Of a stretch of DNA of 64,000 nucleotides, positions 1 through 10,179 are shown piece after piece. The notes under the pieces were generated by a model that was not told the DNA's origin, made no database searches, and was given only the letters and a program-made list of their open reading frames with translations. Numbering within the stretch: the stretch's first letter is position 1; every line of letters begins with the position of its first letter. Origin of the DNA: an uncultured Gammaproteobacteria bacterium (GTDB taxonomy: Bacteria; Patescibacteriota; Microgenomatia; Daviesbacterales; UBA10151); assembly GCA_964393525.1 (NCBI GenBank), contig CAYMTV010000002.1:23001-87000 (forward strand), in the 5' to 3' direction. Position numbers and translations under genes: made by a program.

Positions 1-1970
1 CTTCGTCTGACCTCGTCAATATTGTGGTAGCCAAATTTCAGATTGTATTCTGGGTTTTGCAGTGCATACAACCACCTCATTACATCAACACCGGCTTTAT
101 CTGCCGCTTCGTTAAATTCTATAGCATTGCCTTTGGACTTGTGCATCTCTTCACCCTTTTCATCAACCACATTGGCAAAACCCAAGAGGTTTTTAAAAGG
201 ATAGGTCCGTTTAAGAGCAGTACTCATGGCAATCAGGGAATAAAACCAGTTTTTAAACTGACCGGGAAATCCTTCGGTTACAAAATCCGCCGGAAACCAA
301 CTAGCGGGCATAGTTGAAAAAGGGACAATTCCGGCATCAAGCCAAGGATTTCCAACATCAGGGATTCTGGAAACAATTTCGCCGCAATCCGGACATTTTA
401 TTTTTATCTGATCTATCCAGGGTCTGTGTGGAGAATTGCCTTCAAACTTATCCCAACCTAAAGTTGCTTGAGCCTTCAGCTCATCTTTCCCGCCTAAAAC
501 AGTAAACTTGCCGCATTTATCACATTCCCAGATTGGCAGCGCCAAGCCCCAAAATCTTTTTTTTGAGATCAGCCAGTCATGCATATTCTTAAGCCAGTCC
601 AGTTCCCGATCGTATCCCCATTTTGGCATCCAGTTAATATCTTTTACGACCTCAATCATCTGCTCCCTGTATGTTTTGCCGGAATCATCTTTAATATCCA
701 TTGCAATATACCACTCATCAACAACTCTCCAAACAAGCTCGGTTTTGCACCTCCAGCAGGTTGGATACCTGTGGGTATAATCTTCTGCTTTAAATAAAAA
801 TCCGTGCTTTTCCAAATACTCAATGATTGGTTCTCTTGCCTGCGTCACATTAAGCCCAGTTAGGAAATCAAAACCTTCTTCGTAAATTGCCTCTTCATTA
901 ATGGGTGCTACAACCGGAAGGTTATCTCTTTTGCCCAATGCAAAATCCTCTGTTCCCCCGCCGGTTGCAATATGTACTAAACCCGTACCTTCCTCGGTAG
1001 AAATGGGTAAAGTTAAAGGATCATTGGTAATTACCCTGTGGGTATAATTTTTAAATGCCTCTTTTACTGCGGGAAGATCATCAAACGGCCCGTCATAGGA
1101 AAGACCAATAAGCTCCTTACCTTTGTAGGTCTTAACAACTTTGCCGGAAACTAAATCTTTTTTCTCAAAAACTACCATATACTTATCACCTTCTGATTCC
1201 ACTTCGACATACTTAAAGTTTGGATCGACAGCAACGGCAACATTTGCCGGGATTGTCCAGGGGGTTGTGGTCCAAACCAGAAGATAAGTATCCTTTTTTC
1301 CCTTTACAGGAAGTTTAAAATAAACAGATTTATGGGTTAATTCTTGATATTCTTCAGTCAAAATCTCATGTTGGGAGATGGCTGTACCACAGCGCGGACA
1401 CCAAGGCACAGAATCTCTTCCTTTATATAACCAGCCTTTTTGATGGACGGTTTTTAGATATTTCCATATCCAGTAGTTATTTTCCTCTGAAGAAGTATGA
1501 TAAGAATTATCCCAGTCCATAAAGTAACCAAGTCTTTTTGATTGTTCTGTCTGAATGCCAGAGAATTTTTTTACCCTTTCCTTGCAGAGGTTAATAAATT
1601 TTTCCAAAGAGGCAAATTTATCGCCGGGGACCAGATTCTCAATATCTTTTTTGGTTTTTAAACCCAGCTCTTTTTCGACTTCTACTTCAACCCAGAGACC
1701 CTGTTCGTCAAAACCGTTCTGAAAACGCTGCCTAAACCCGCGCATATTATAAAAACGCTGGAAGACATCCTTGTAGGTTCTACCCCAGGCATGGTGCACA
1801 CCCATGGGGTTATTGGCGGTAATTGGTCCGTCCAAAAAGGAGAATTTATGGTCAGAATCCTGGTTTTTTTCTAAGTACTTCTCAACAATACCCTCCTTGT
1901 ACCAATAATCCAAAAGCTCTATTTCAAGAGCCGGGAAATCCACAGTTGATGAAACGGGCTTAAAACTCAT
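1..1970 (-). CDS. ileS: Isoleucyl-tRNA synthetase, N-terminal ~656 aa. The gene starts at 1970 and continues past the window start. It was missed by the ORF track because it has no stop inside the window.
   Basis: I translated the minus strand by hand: MSFKPVSS...LDGPITANNPMGVHHAWGRTYKD. This is a class I HIGH-region analogue with the IleS-type LDGPP-ANG spacing. The CP1 editing-domain motif WTTTPWTIPANVAVAV is IleS-specific. Zn-finger-like CWRC / CDKCG / CPDCG motifs are present. A KMSKS-region analogue GEEMHKSKGN lies near the window start (about nt 110-135). Confidence 0.75.
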   Translation of the reverse strand, partial: MSFKPVSSTVDFPALEIELLDYWYKEGIVEKYLEKNQDSDHKFSFLDGPITANNPMGVHHAWGRTYKDVFQRFYNMRGFRQRFQNGFDEQGLWVEVEVEKELGLKTKKDIENLVPGDKFASLEKFINLCKERVKKFSGIQTEQSKRLGYFMDWDNSYHTSSEENNYWIWKYLKTVHQKGWLYKGRDSVPWCPRCGTAISQHEILTEEYQELTHKSVYFKLPVKGKKDTYLLVWTTTPWTIPANVAVAVDPNFKYVEVESEGDKYMVVFEKKDLVSGKVVKTYKGKELIGLSYDGPFDDLPAVKEAFKNYTHRVITNDPLTLPISTEEGTGLVHIATGGGTEDFALGKRDNLPVVAPINEEAIYEEGFDFLTGLNVTQAREPIIEYLEKHGFLFKAEDYTHRYPTCWRCKTELVWRVVDEWYIAMDIKDDSGKTYREQMIEVVKDINWMPKWGYDRELDWLKNMHDWLISKKRFWGLALPIWECDKCGKFTVLGGKDELKAQATLGWDKFEGNSPHRPWIDQIKIKCPDCGEIVSRIPDVGNPWLDAGIVPFSTMPASWFPADFVTEGFPGQFKNWFYSLIAMSTALKRTYPFKNLLGFANVVDEKGEEMHKSKGNAIEFNEAADKAGVDVMRWLYALQNPEYNLKFGYHNIDEVRR

Positions 1971-2074
1971 GAGATGTATTGTAGAGGAATTATTTTAGTT
2001 GTTCAATATCAGGCTCTAGGTGAGTTGGTCGGGGATTGGCTATCAAGTCGTTCCATTTCTGCTATCTGCCATAT

Positions 2075-3271
2075 TTATCCTGCGGTTTTGCGAAGAAAGG
2101 CGGGGATCTCTAAATCATCAAAAGGTTCATCCGGCTCTTCGGGTCGTTCTGATATTCTTTTCTCTTCAGTTTCATCAGCAGAAGATGCTTGGGTGGTTGT
2201 AGCAGTTTGCGCAGGAAAAGACGGGTTTTGGGTAATTCCGGACATTATTGGATTTAAGGTTGCAGCACCCATTTGGTTGATTCGGTTAATCCCTGCATAC
2301 TCCCTGAGTCTTTCCCGGGTTTCATCAAACCCTGTGGCAATAACTGAGACTTTAACCATATCTACCAAGTCTTCTTTGATAGTTGCACCAAAGATGATAT
2401 TTGCATCAGGCTCAGCGGCTTGAGCGATAATTTGGGCCGCATCATTAACCTCGCTCATTGAAAGATCCGGACCACCTACAATATTGAACAAAATTCCCTT
2501 AGCTCCTTCAATTGAGATCTCAAGCAACGGTGAAGCAATAGCCATCCTGGCCGCTGTAGCAGCCCTATTTTCTCCTCCAGCCTGACCAATCCCCATCAAA
2601 GCCGAACCCGCATTGCTCATAATGGCTCTAACATCCGCAAAGTCTACGTTAATTAACCCAGGCATAGTAATTAGATCTGAGATTCCCTGGACTCCCTGAC
2701 CCAACACAGAATCTGCCAGCTTAAATGCTTCCTGTAAGGTCATGTTTTTATCAACTACCTCAAGTAACCTCTGGTTTGGAATAACAATTAACGCATCAAC
2801 CTTGTCCTTCAGCCTTTCTATACCTTCTTCGGCCACCAACATTCTTCTTGAGCCCTCAAACATGAAAGGTTTTGTGACAACAGCAACGGTTAAGGCTCCA
2901 AGCTGCTTGGCAACGGTTGCTGCGATGGGCGCGGAACCGGTACCCGTCCCCCCGCCCATTCCGGCAGTAATAAAAACCATGTCCGCATCTTGTAGAACAT
3001 CCTGAAGTTTTTGGGTTGATTCCTCAGCAGCCGCCTGACCGATCTCCCAATTCCCCCCTGAACCTAAACCTTTGGTCAAAGATTCACCTATTTGAACTTT
3101 AGTTGGAGCGGGATTCCCGAGCAATGCCTGGGCATCGGTGTTAACTGAAACAAAATCTACACCTTGGATCTGCTGAAGAGAAATCATTGAAGAAATCGCG
3201 TTTCCACCGCCACCTCCAAGGCCTAGAACCTTAATCTTAGCGAAGCGTTGGACATCTGGTTTAATTAACAT
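2075..3271 (-). CDS. ftsZ: Cell division GTPase FtsZ
   Basis: Tubulin/FtsZ signature GGGTGTG (ITAGMGGGTGTGSAPIAA), N-terminal GLGGGGGNA, and a low-complexity C-terminal tail. TAA stop. Confidence 0.97.
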   Translation of the reverse strand: MLIKPDVQRFAKIKVLGLGGGGGNAISSMISLQQIQGVDFVSVNTDAQALLGNPAPTKVQIGESLTKGLGSGGNWEIGQAAAEESTQKLQDVLQDADMVFITAGMGGGTGTGSAPIAATVAKQLGALTVAVVTKPFMFEGSRRMLVAEEGIERLKDKVDALIVIPNQRLLEVVDKNMTLQEAFKLADSVLGQGVQGISDLITMPGLINVDFADVRAIMSNAGSALMGIGQAGGENRAATAARMAIASPLLEISIEGAKGILFNIVGGPDLSMSEVNDAAQIIAQAAEPDANIIFGATIKEDLVDMVKVSVIATGFDETRERLREYAGINRINQMGAATLNPIMSGITQNPSFPAQTATTTQASSADETEEKRISERPEEPDEPFDDLEIPAFLRKTAG

Positions 3272-3340
3272 TTTGGATTAGGAGAATAGTTTGGGGGCAG
3301 TGTAGCACACCGTTTATTTAAGCGTCAATATAGCTCAAAA

Positions 3341-4633
3341 TTATGGGAGAAATGATTTGATCAGATCGGCCACTTTTTGAGTCACTGCTTTTAAAGGTAA
3401 CCCTTTCCCTAAAACCGGTAAACTCATTTCCGAACTTCCTGCCGATTTTGCGCCGTATAAAATCAGGCCGGCTGCAGTAGCAAAGACAGGAGAATCTATT
3501 TCATCAATTAGACCAAATAAACCATCTGTCTTGCCTATTCTCGAGGGAAACCCTAAAACAAACTTTGACTGTTCTAAAACTCCCACAGTTAGAGCTCCAC
3601 CACCGCAAAGAACCAGCCCCGAAGGAGTTTGGGTTCCAAATCCACTTTTTTTGATTTCTTTTCCGACATATTTAAAAATCTCCTGAATTCGCGGCCGGAT
3701 AATTCCGTCCACAACCGCTTTTCTTGAAACCTTTACATCATCTGGAATTCCTAGTGCGTTTAGGTCCAGTATATCTTCCTCTTTCTTTTTTTTCTCATCC
3801 AGCTTAAGAGGTTCCCTATCTTGAGGCATTGCCAAAACTTTTGGTTTTTCACCTAACTTTTGCTTAATAATCTCCGCCGACTCTAAAGAGACCCGTAGGC
3901 CGACTGCTATGTCTGAAGTTACATGCCGACCTCCCAAAGGAATAACCGAAGAATAAGCAATCGCTCCGTCAACAAAAATCACCACATCAGTTGTTTCACC
4001 ACCTATATCCACAAGGATCACTCCAAGCTCTTTCTCTGTCTCGGTTAAAACCGCCTGTGAAGAAGCAATCCCTGAAAAGACCAGTTCTTCAACATCAACT
4101 CCAACCATACCAACACATTTGGCCAGATTTCTCATTGAGGTTGTGGGACCGGTTACAATGTGGGTATCGGTTTCAAGCCTAACTCCGGTCATACCTATCG
4201 GGTCGGATATGCCCTCCTGGCCATCAACAGTAAAAGTTCTCGGGACAACATGGATAATCTCTCTTGAAGCTGGCAATGCAATTGCCCTGGCTGCTTCATT
4301 GACTCTTAAAACGTCATTTTCTTTTATTTCTCCACCCGGATGTGCAACAGCCACCACTGCATGTTGATTAATGCTTTCTATTTGTGGACCACCTACCGAA
4401 ACAAAGGCCGAAGATATGGAATAACCTGCCATTCTTTCGGCACTATCAACGCTGTCGGTTATGGCCTGAACTGCTGCCTCTATATCTACAATTTGACCTT
4501 TTTTTACACCCTTAGATGATGTTGCTGAAACACCAATCAGGTTTATCCTGTCTTCCTCACTTAAACTACCAATAAGTGTCGCTATTTTTGATGATCCAAC
4601 ATCAATTCCGCAAATAATTTTGTCCTTAGCCAT
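3341..4633 (-). CDS. ftsA: Cell division protein FtsA (actin-like ATPase)
   Basis: N-terminal phosphate-1 motif GIDVGSSKI, actin-fold layout, ~430 aa, immediately upstream of ftsZ in conserved order. Confidence 0.93.
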   Translation of the reverse strand: MAKDKIICGIDVGSSKIATLIGSLSEEDRINLIGVSATSSKGVKKGQIVDIEAAVQAITDSVDSAERMAGYSISSAFVSVGGPQIESINQHAVVAVAHPGGEIKENDVLRVNEAARAIALPASREIIHVVPRTFTVDGQEGISDPIGMTGVRLETDTHIVTGPTTSMRNLAKCVGMVGVDVEELVFSGIASSQAVLTETEKELGVILVDIGGETTDVVIFVDGAIAYSSVIPLGGRHVTSDIAVGLRVSLESAEIIKQKLGEKPKVLAMPQDREPLKLDEKKKKEEDILDLNALGIPDDVKVSRKAVVDGIIRPRIQEIFKYVGKEIKKSGFGTQTPSGLVLCGGGALTVGVLEQSKFVLGFPSRIGKTDGLFGLIDEIDSPVFATAAGLILYGAKSAGSSEMSLPVLGKGLPLKAVTQKVADLIKSFLP

Positions 4634-4768
4634 ATATTTTGGGCTTTTCTGTCAAACCTGAATCTAGTATGGAGTCACGTTACCGAAAAGCCCATTACAT
4701 AACGCGATCTATTAATTGAGTTAAATTTTTTAAGAGTTTCAAGTTGCTTGTATCTAAATTCTTCATTC

Positions 4769-5593
4769 TCAATTCTTTTTCTTGGGGGAGTAAATTACAA
4801 CCGGCTTATCAAAACGTAAGTCGATAAATTCTATCGGCTTTAAATCTATTGTAGCTTTTTGCAAGATTAGTTGTAAAGAGGCTAGTTGGCGGTTTATCTC
4901 TTTAGAAAGCGACAAAACCACATTTTGCTCACCACTAACAAAAAGCATGTCTTCTTTAACTGTTAATGTATTAAATGAAAAGTTTATACTTTTGATTATT
5001 GTTAAAGTTTTGGGGATAATCGAGTTTTCTATTATAAAAGCCTGCTTGCCAAAATTTACCAAATAAACTCTCGGAAGTCCTGCAAATTCAGAGAGCTCAT
5101 TTCCTAAAGATGAGATGATGAATCCGCTTTTATCTACCAAAACGCGACCGCTTTCCGTTGCAATTTCAATATCGAAACGGAAAAGTCCGGCTGTTGAACT
5201 GGCAGCAGAAGCTTCCGGTAAGTCAAGCTCAAGTTTTTTTTCTTTTTCAGTTGCAAATGTAACAATCATCTCAGGAACTCTTTCGTGCAAAGAAATCTCA
5301 AGCTTATCCGGGTAGATTTTTTTGATAGTTAAATTGTCCAAGCAAGAAAATTTTTGTTTGACTTTGGAAATTATTATTGATTCATCAATTAAAATTATAT
5401 TTTTACCCTTAAGATCCAAAAAGCCTTCAATAGAATTAGTGTTTGTACAACGTTTGAGATCACTTTTGAATCTAACCTCACTTACCTTTAACAAGTTTGT
5501 GTTAAAAAAAACAAAAAGTCCGAGAATAAAAAATACAAAAAACAAAAAGTATATTAAAGGCTTATTTGTTAATTTCCTTCTAAGATTTGGCAT
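4769..5593 (-). CDS. ftsQ: Cell division protein FtsQ/DivIB-like (single TM plus POTRA domain)
   Basis: N-terminal TM helix (LIYFLFFVFFILGLFVFF) followed by a POTRA-like segment (VSEVRFKS...KIYPDKLEISLHERVP). Sits between murG and ftsA. TGA stop. Confidence 0.65.
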   Translation of the reverse strand: MPNLRRKLTNKPLIYFLFFVFFILGLFVFFNTNLLKVSEVRFKSDLKRCTNTNSIEGFLDLKGKNIILIDESIIISKVKQKFSCLDNLTIKKIYPDKLEISLHERVPEMIVTFATEKEKKLELDLPEASAASSTAGLFRFDIEIATESGRVLVDKSGFIISSLGNELSEFAGLPRVYLVNFGKQAFIIENSIIPKTLTIIKSINFSFNTLTVKEDMLFVSGEQNVVLSLSKEINRQLASLQLILQKATIDLKPIEFIDLRFDKPVVIYSPKKKN

Positions 5594-6719
5594 AATTTTC
5601 GGAAGTTGTTAGAACAAGCTGGGCAATTCTTTTAGACGCATCCGGGATAACCAATTCTTTTGCAAGTTTGGCCTTTTCTATAAAACTATCAATCTCTTTT
5701 AACATTTCATAAACTGCTTTCAGAATGTGATCTGGATTGACCTTTTCTTGAGGTAGCACCCTGCATAGTCCTTTCTGGCTGAAAAACCTAGCATTTATTT
5801 CCTGCTCATTTCTAAACAAAAAAGGCAGAGGTATTACCAAAGACGGAATTCCAAAATACGCCAGCTCATAAAGAGTATTAATACCTGCTCTGGATATAAC
5901 AAGGCTAACATTTTTAAATATTACGGACATGTCCTTTGAATCAAACCATTTACTGACAAAGTATCTTTCTTTTTTTAAAAGTGAGCTCTTTTTCTCTAAA
6001 AGCTTTTCAAAGAAATTTTGTTTGGAATCGCCTGTTTGGTGTATCACAAAAAATTTATTTGTTAGTTCTTCCAGGATTGATTTAACACTTTTATTGACCA
6101 TATCCGAACCCTGATTTCCACCAGTGATATACAAAATCGGAAGCTTTTGATTTTTTGCTTGTTTAATAAATTCGGTTAATTCTTTTGACAAAGCAATATT
6201 AGGATTTAAAAGGTCTTTTCTAATCGGATTGCCAGTTAATATAAATTTGTAAGTGTCGAGCGGCTTTTCACTTTCAAAAGTAATAGCCACTTTATCTGCA
6301 AAAAAACGACCAATTGAATCTGCCAAACCCGTAATTAAAGTTTGTTCATGGGTAATAATTGGGATGGATAAGATCCAACCGCAAAGTACAACCGGGACAC
6401 TAACATATCCTCCAAAAGAGATAATTATATCCGGTTTTTCTTTTAATAAAATGAAAAAAGATTGCACAAAACCTATCGGAATTCTTAAAAGCGACAAAAT
6501 AGTATAAAAATCCCAAACCCTTCTCAGTCTTCCGGCAATAATCGGAATAAATTTGACTCCAAGTTTTGGGAGCACCTGTGATTCAACAGAAATTGACGGA
6601 TCACCTTCCTGGGTGTACTTTCTTCCAACATAAACAATTTGGATACCAGAAAATTTCTTTAGTTCCTCAATAACTGCCTGTGCCGGAGTAAAATGTGCCC
6701 CGGTAAATATTACCTTCAT
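5580..6719 (-). CDS. murG: UDP-GlcNAc:lipid I N-acetylglucosaminyltransferase MurG (GT28)
   Basis: N-terminal KVIFTGAHFTPAQAV, GGYVSVPVV and ITGGNQGS motifs; GT-B fold; dcw position. Confidence 0.9.
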   Translation of the reverse strand: MKVIFTGAHFTPAQAVIEELKKFSGIQIVYVGRKYTQEGDPSISVESQVLPKLGVKFIPIIAGRLRRVWDFYTILSLLRIPIGFVQSFFILLKEKPDIIISFGGYVSVPVVLCGWILSIPIITHEQTLITGLADSIGRFFADKVAITFESEKPLDTYKFILTGNPIRKDLLNPNIALSKELTEFIKQAKNQKLPILYITGGNQGSDMVNKSVKSILEELTNKFFVIHQTGDSKQNFFEKLLEKKSSLLKKERYFVSKWFDSKDMSVIFKNVSLVISRAGINTLYELAYFGIPSLVIPLPFLFRNEQEINARFFSQKGLCRVLPQEKVNPDHILKAVYEMLKEIDSFIEKAKLAKELVIPDASKRIAQLVLTTSENYAKS

Positions 6720-6744
6720 TATTAAAGTATATCAAAGTCAAACT

Positions 6745-7866
6745 TCAAGGGGCCTTTGCAGATTTTGAGATATTGAATAAAATACCTATTGCCACAAGAT
6801 TTGAAAGTAGAGCCGAACCGCCATAAGAAATAAATGGCAAGGGAACCCCGGTAAGAGGGATTAAAGCTACCATTGCTCCCAAGTTGATTGAAGACTGAAT
6901 TGCCAACCAAAAAGTAATACCAAAGGCCAGCAGTTTCCCAAAATTATCTTCGGCGTTTATTGCTATATAAAAACCGCGGTAAATAATAAAAGCTATCAAT
7001 CCAATCAGGATTAAGCTGCCTATAAAACCAAACTCCTCCCCAACGATTGCAAATATGGAGTCAGTTGTAACTTCGGGGATATATTCAAATTTCTGCCTGG
7101 ATTGACCCAATCCCAACCCAAAGATTCCGCCGCTTCCGATTGCCATAAGAACTTGAGAAATATGGTAGGAGAACCCCTGAGGGTCTGCAAAGGGATCCAA
7201 AAACGCCAATATTCTTTGTTTTCTGTAGGATGATGAAATTACAAAAAGCCAAAAACCGATGAAAGACATGGGTATAAGGGCAATAAAGTAAAATACATTT
7301 GCCCCAGCTACCAAAAACATTGCCAGCGATGTCAGGAAAAACACAATAGTAGTACCTAAATCCTTCTGAAATAACCCTATTATCAGTGAAATCAAAAAAA
7401 CAATTATTGCAAAAGGTAAAGGCCTAGCCCTTTTTTCAAACAAAGTTGCCAAAAAAATAATTGTCGTAAGTTTAATTATCTCGGCAGGTTGAATAGTCAG
7501 ATTGCCTATTTTCAACCACCGGTGGGCACCCCCGGCTGCAGTACCAAATCCGGGGATTAATACCGCAATTAAAAGCAATAAGGATAAAATAAAAATTACA
7601 AAAGCTATTTTCTTAAAGTTGTGGTAATTAAAAAAAGAAAAAAAAGTTAACCCGGTGAGTCCTAAAATAACCCAAATCAATTGCTGTTTAATATAAAAAT
7701 ACTTATCTCCAAAATCTTTATGAGCCTGGATGACTGATGCATCATAAACCATCATGAGTCCAAATCCAACTAAGAATAATATTCCCAAAAGAAGCGGGTA
7801 ATCTAATTTCTTTTCCTGAGTCTTAGTTGAAACCCGTGAGCCGGGTGGAACCTTCATTCTTCTCAT
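6745..7866 (-). CDS. ftsW: SEDS-family peptidoglycan glycosyltransferase FtsW
   Basis: About 10-TM polytopic protein of FtsW/RodA type located between mraY and murG. TGA stop. Confidence 0.88.
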   Translation of the reverse strand: MRRMKVPPGSRVSTKTQEKKLDYPLLLGILFLVGFGLMMVYDASVIQAHKDFGDKYFYIKQQLIWVILGLTGLTFFSFFNYHNFKKIAFVIFILSLLLLIAVLIPGFGTAAGGAHRWLKIGNLTIQPAEIIKLTTIIFLATLFEKRARPLPFAIIVFLISLIIGLFQKDLGTTIVFFLTSLAMFLVAGANVFYFIALIPMSFIGFWLFVISSSYRKQRILAFLDPFADPQGFSYHISQVLMAIGSGGIFGLGLGQSRQKFEYIPEVTTDSIFAIVGEEFGFIGSLILIGLIAFIIYRGFYIAINAEDNFGKLLAFGITFWLAIQSSINLGAMVALIPLTGVPLPFISYGGSALLSNLVAIGILFNISKSAKAP

Positions 7867-7890
7867 TAGAATTTAATGGTAGCAGAAAAA

Positions 7891-8898
7891 TTACTTGGAA
7901 AGGAGAGCCAGCCATAATCCTAAAATTGCGAAAATGCTGCCAGCCAACCAAAACCTCATTACAATTTTTGGTTCTTCCCATCCAATGTATTTAAAATACA
8001 TATGGATCGGTGCAACCTCAAACAACTTTTTTTTGAAAACCTTTTTCCAGAAAATCTGTAAGAAGGAGGAGGCAACAATTATAATATACATACCTCCAAT
8101 AATTCCCAAAGCAATGATTTTTCCGGTAAGTAACCCGACAACCGCTAAAGTTGCTCCAAAGGCAAACCCCCCGGCATCACCCAAAAAAATCCTCGCCGGA
8201 TAAATATTAAAATAGAGATAGGCAAACAGGGAACCTACCCAAATGCCGATAAAAGCGGCTAAATTTAAATCCAAATTCGTCGAAGCAAGAGCCAAAAGTG
8301 CAAACAGACAAATGGTTAAAAGACCAGTTGATAATCCATCTAAACCATCGGAGATATTATATGCATTAGAGAAAGCTACTATTAAAAAAGCTGCTAAGGG
8401 AATATACCAATAGCCTATGATCAGATTACCAATGCCGGATATATAAACATTGTTTAAACCGACAAAATAGTATAACATTGCTCCAATTAGCAGGGCAAAC
8501 AATATCTGAATAGCCAATATCGCTTTTCGGCCAAGACCCAGAAATTTTCCCCTTCTCTTAGTAAAAATCCATCTGATATCATCAACCAGTCCCAATCCTC
8601 CGAATGATAAAAGAGTAAATAGAAGTATTCCTAAATAAGTTGTGTCCGGAGTAACAGTAATTTTTGCATAAGCCATACTAAGTACCGTCAAAATAACTAT
8701 CAGTAAAATACCCCCTCCACTTGGGGTATTTTCATCTCCTTTCATCAAAGCATCATGAATTGGATTCTCGGATGATTTTTTTAAAGGACCTAACTTTTCA
8801 AATTTTCTTTTCAGATAAAAAAGTAAATCTATAAAGGGCACCATAAAAAATGAGGTGATAGCAAAAGATATTAAAACTAAACCTAGTAAATTTACCAT
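7891..8898 (-). CDS. mraY: Phospho-N-acetylmuramoyl-pentapeptide transferase MraY
   Basis: MraY motifs NAYNISDGLDGLSTG, LGDAGGFAFG and APIHMYF; polytopic. Confidence 0.95.
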   Translation of the reverse strand: MVNLLGLVLISFAITSFFMVPFIDLLFYLKRKFEKLGPLKKSSENPIHDALMKGDENTPSGGGILLIVILTVLSMAYAKITVTPDTTYLGILLFTLLSFGGLGLVDDIRWIFTKRRGKFLGLGRKAILAIQILFALLIGAMLYYFVGLNNVYISGIGNLIIGYWYIPLAAFLIVAFSNAYNISDGLDGLSTGLLTICLFALLALASTNLDLNLAAFIGIWVGSLFAYLYFNIYPARIFLGDAGGFAFGATLAVVGLLTGKIIALGIIGGMYIIIVASSFLQIFWKKVFKKKLFEVAPIHMYFKYIGWEEPKIVMRFWLAGSIFAILGLWLALLSK

Positions 8899-10175
8899 TA
8901 AATTTTTTTATGTTTTGAGATCTTTTTTACCACTTCATCAAGTCTTTGATCTAACCCTCCATTAAATAAAACAATATCACCCTTCGCCAAAATACTAAGA
9001 AGTGTATTTACAAGCTGAGGGTTCGTTAAATTAGTTCTTAGCTTCTCCTTTAAAAACCCCAGTTTATTAAGTTCATCTGCTATATACTTGTGAGATTGAC
9101 CCATCAAAAAAACCAGATCAATTTTATCTTTATATAATACTCTGGCTATTTCTCTTTTAATCTTCTCATGCGTTTCCCCCGGTATCAAGTCTCCTAGTAT
9201 CAAGATCCTTCTTCTAGCACTAACAATATTTAATGTTTCAAGAGCATATTCGAAGGATAATAGTTCCTCCTCTTTAGTATTATCGATGATTAAGGAATCA
9301 CTGTATCCGGGACAAAGCTGCATAATATGATCTAATTGATCAATTCCCTCCAGTATTTTTTTAATCTTTATCAAAGGTATATTAAAACTTACCCCAAGTG
9401 AGGCTGCGCCCAAAAGAGCATACAATTGGTGTTTGCCTAAAATTCTCGAATTAACCTCCACCCTTTCAACACCGTAATTTAATTCAAACTTCACTGCATA
9501 ATTTTCGACCCTAATGTTCCCGGCCCAAACCGAACAAGTTTCAGCACCTAAACCGAATGTTAATACTTCAAATGGATATTCCTGGCGAACTCTTTTAGAA
9601 ATAGCCTCATCGCCATTTAAAATAACTACACCGTCTGAGGGTACATTTTTAAAAACTTTTTGGAAAAGCTGAAAGTTTAGATCAGCTTCCTTCCCGTCCT
9701 CGAAGCGGCTTGGGTTGAAATTGGTGACTAGAACTGTTTTTGCTTTTATCAGGCTGGAGTAGTAATCAATAAAATCCTCTGTTTCCTGATATATTCTGTA
9801 AATAAGATTATGCTCTCTAACAGGGGATTTTAAGATATCCGAAATTAATTGTGACTTAGGATCTATTCTAGGATTGTTTTCATTTGACGCTAAATAAGTT
9901 TCGCTAAACTTTGAAATTACAAAAAATGCAGCTTTTGTAGTAAGTTTGCTTGATAAGTTGCCTGCAATTGTAATAAGCCTTGAGGGCGAAATGAGTTTTA
10001 TATACTGCCGGGCAATAAAATTCTTAGCAGTATTAGTTTTATTTCCGAAGGAAAGAGACCGAATGGACTCATTTCCGAAGGAAAGAAGCCGACTTAATAA
10101 ACTTCGACCATTCTTGGTTGAGGAGGCTTCATTTTTAATAAATTCTGATGCTTTTGGATCCAATAAGTTTATCAT
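8898..10175 (-). CDS. Mur ligase family protein, MurF-like, with a divergent ATP-binding loop
   Basis: Central and C-terminal Mur ligase motifs align with E. coli MurF (GKHQLYALLGAASLG ~ GRHNIANALAAAAL; ILILGDLIPGE...LMGQSHKYI ~ VLVVGDMAELG...SVGKQSH). The P-loop is ITIAGNLSSKLTTK instead of TGSSGKTS. The N-terminus carries an in-frame 30-bp tandem duplication (about nt 10043-10102). Confidence 0.6.
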   Translation of the reverse strand: MINLLDPKASEFIKNEASSTKNGRSLLSRLLSFGNESIRSLSFGNKTNTAKNFIARQYIKLISPSRLITIAGNLSSKLTTKAAFFVISKFSETYLASNENNPRIDPKSQLISDILKSPVREHNLIYRIYQETEDFIDYYSSLIKAKTVLVTNFNPSRFEDGKEADLNFQLFQKVFKNVPSDGVVILNGDEAISKRVRQEYPFEVLTFGLGAETCSVWAGNIRVENYAVKFELNYGVERVEVNSRILGKHQLYALLGAASLGVSFNIPLIKIKKILEGIDQLDHIMQLCPGYSDSLIIDNTKEEELLSFEYALETLNIVSARRRILILGDLIPGETHEKIKREIARVLYKDKIDLVFLMGQSHKYIADELNKLGFLKEKLRTNLTNPQLVNTLLSILAKGDIVLFNGGLDQRLDEVVKKISKHKKI

Positions 10176-10179
10176 ACTT

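Noticed and set aside
2742-4367. Short plus-strand ORFs nested antisense within ftsZ and ftsA (2742-3005, 3991-4182, 4119-4367). Similar antisense ORFs occur throughout the track, for example 20667-21182, 22167-22415, 45567-45879, 48364-49059.
   Set aside because: They overlap well-supported long genes on the opposite strand and have no motifs. They are typical spurious ORFs.
4634-4768. TTGACA hexamer directly upstream of the ftsA start, considered as a sigma70 -35 element
   Set aside because: It lies only ~20 nt from the ATG, so spacing to any -10 element would place the transcription start inside the coding region. It is not a supportable promoter call.
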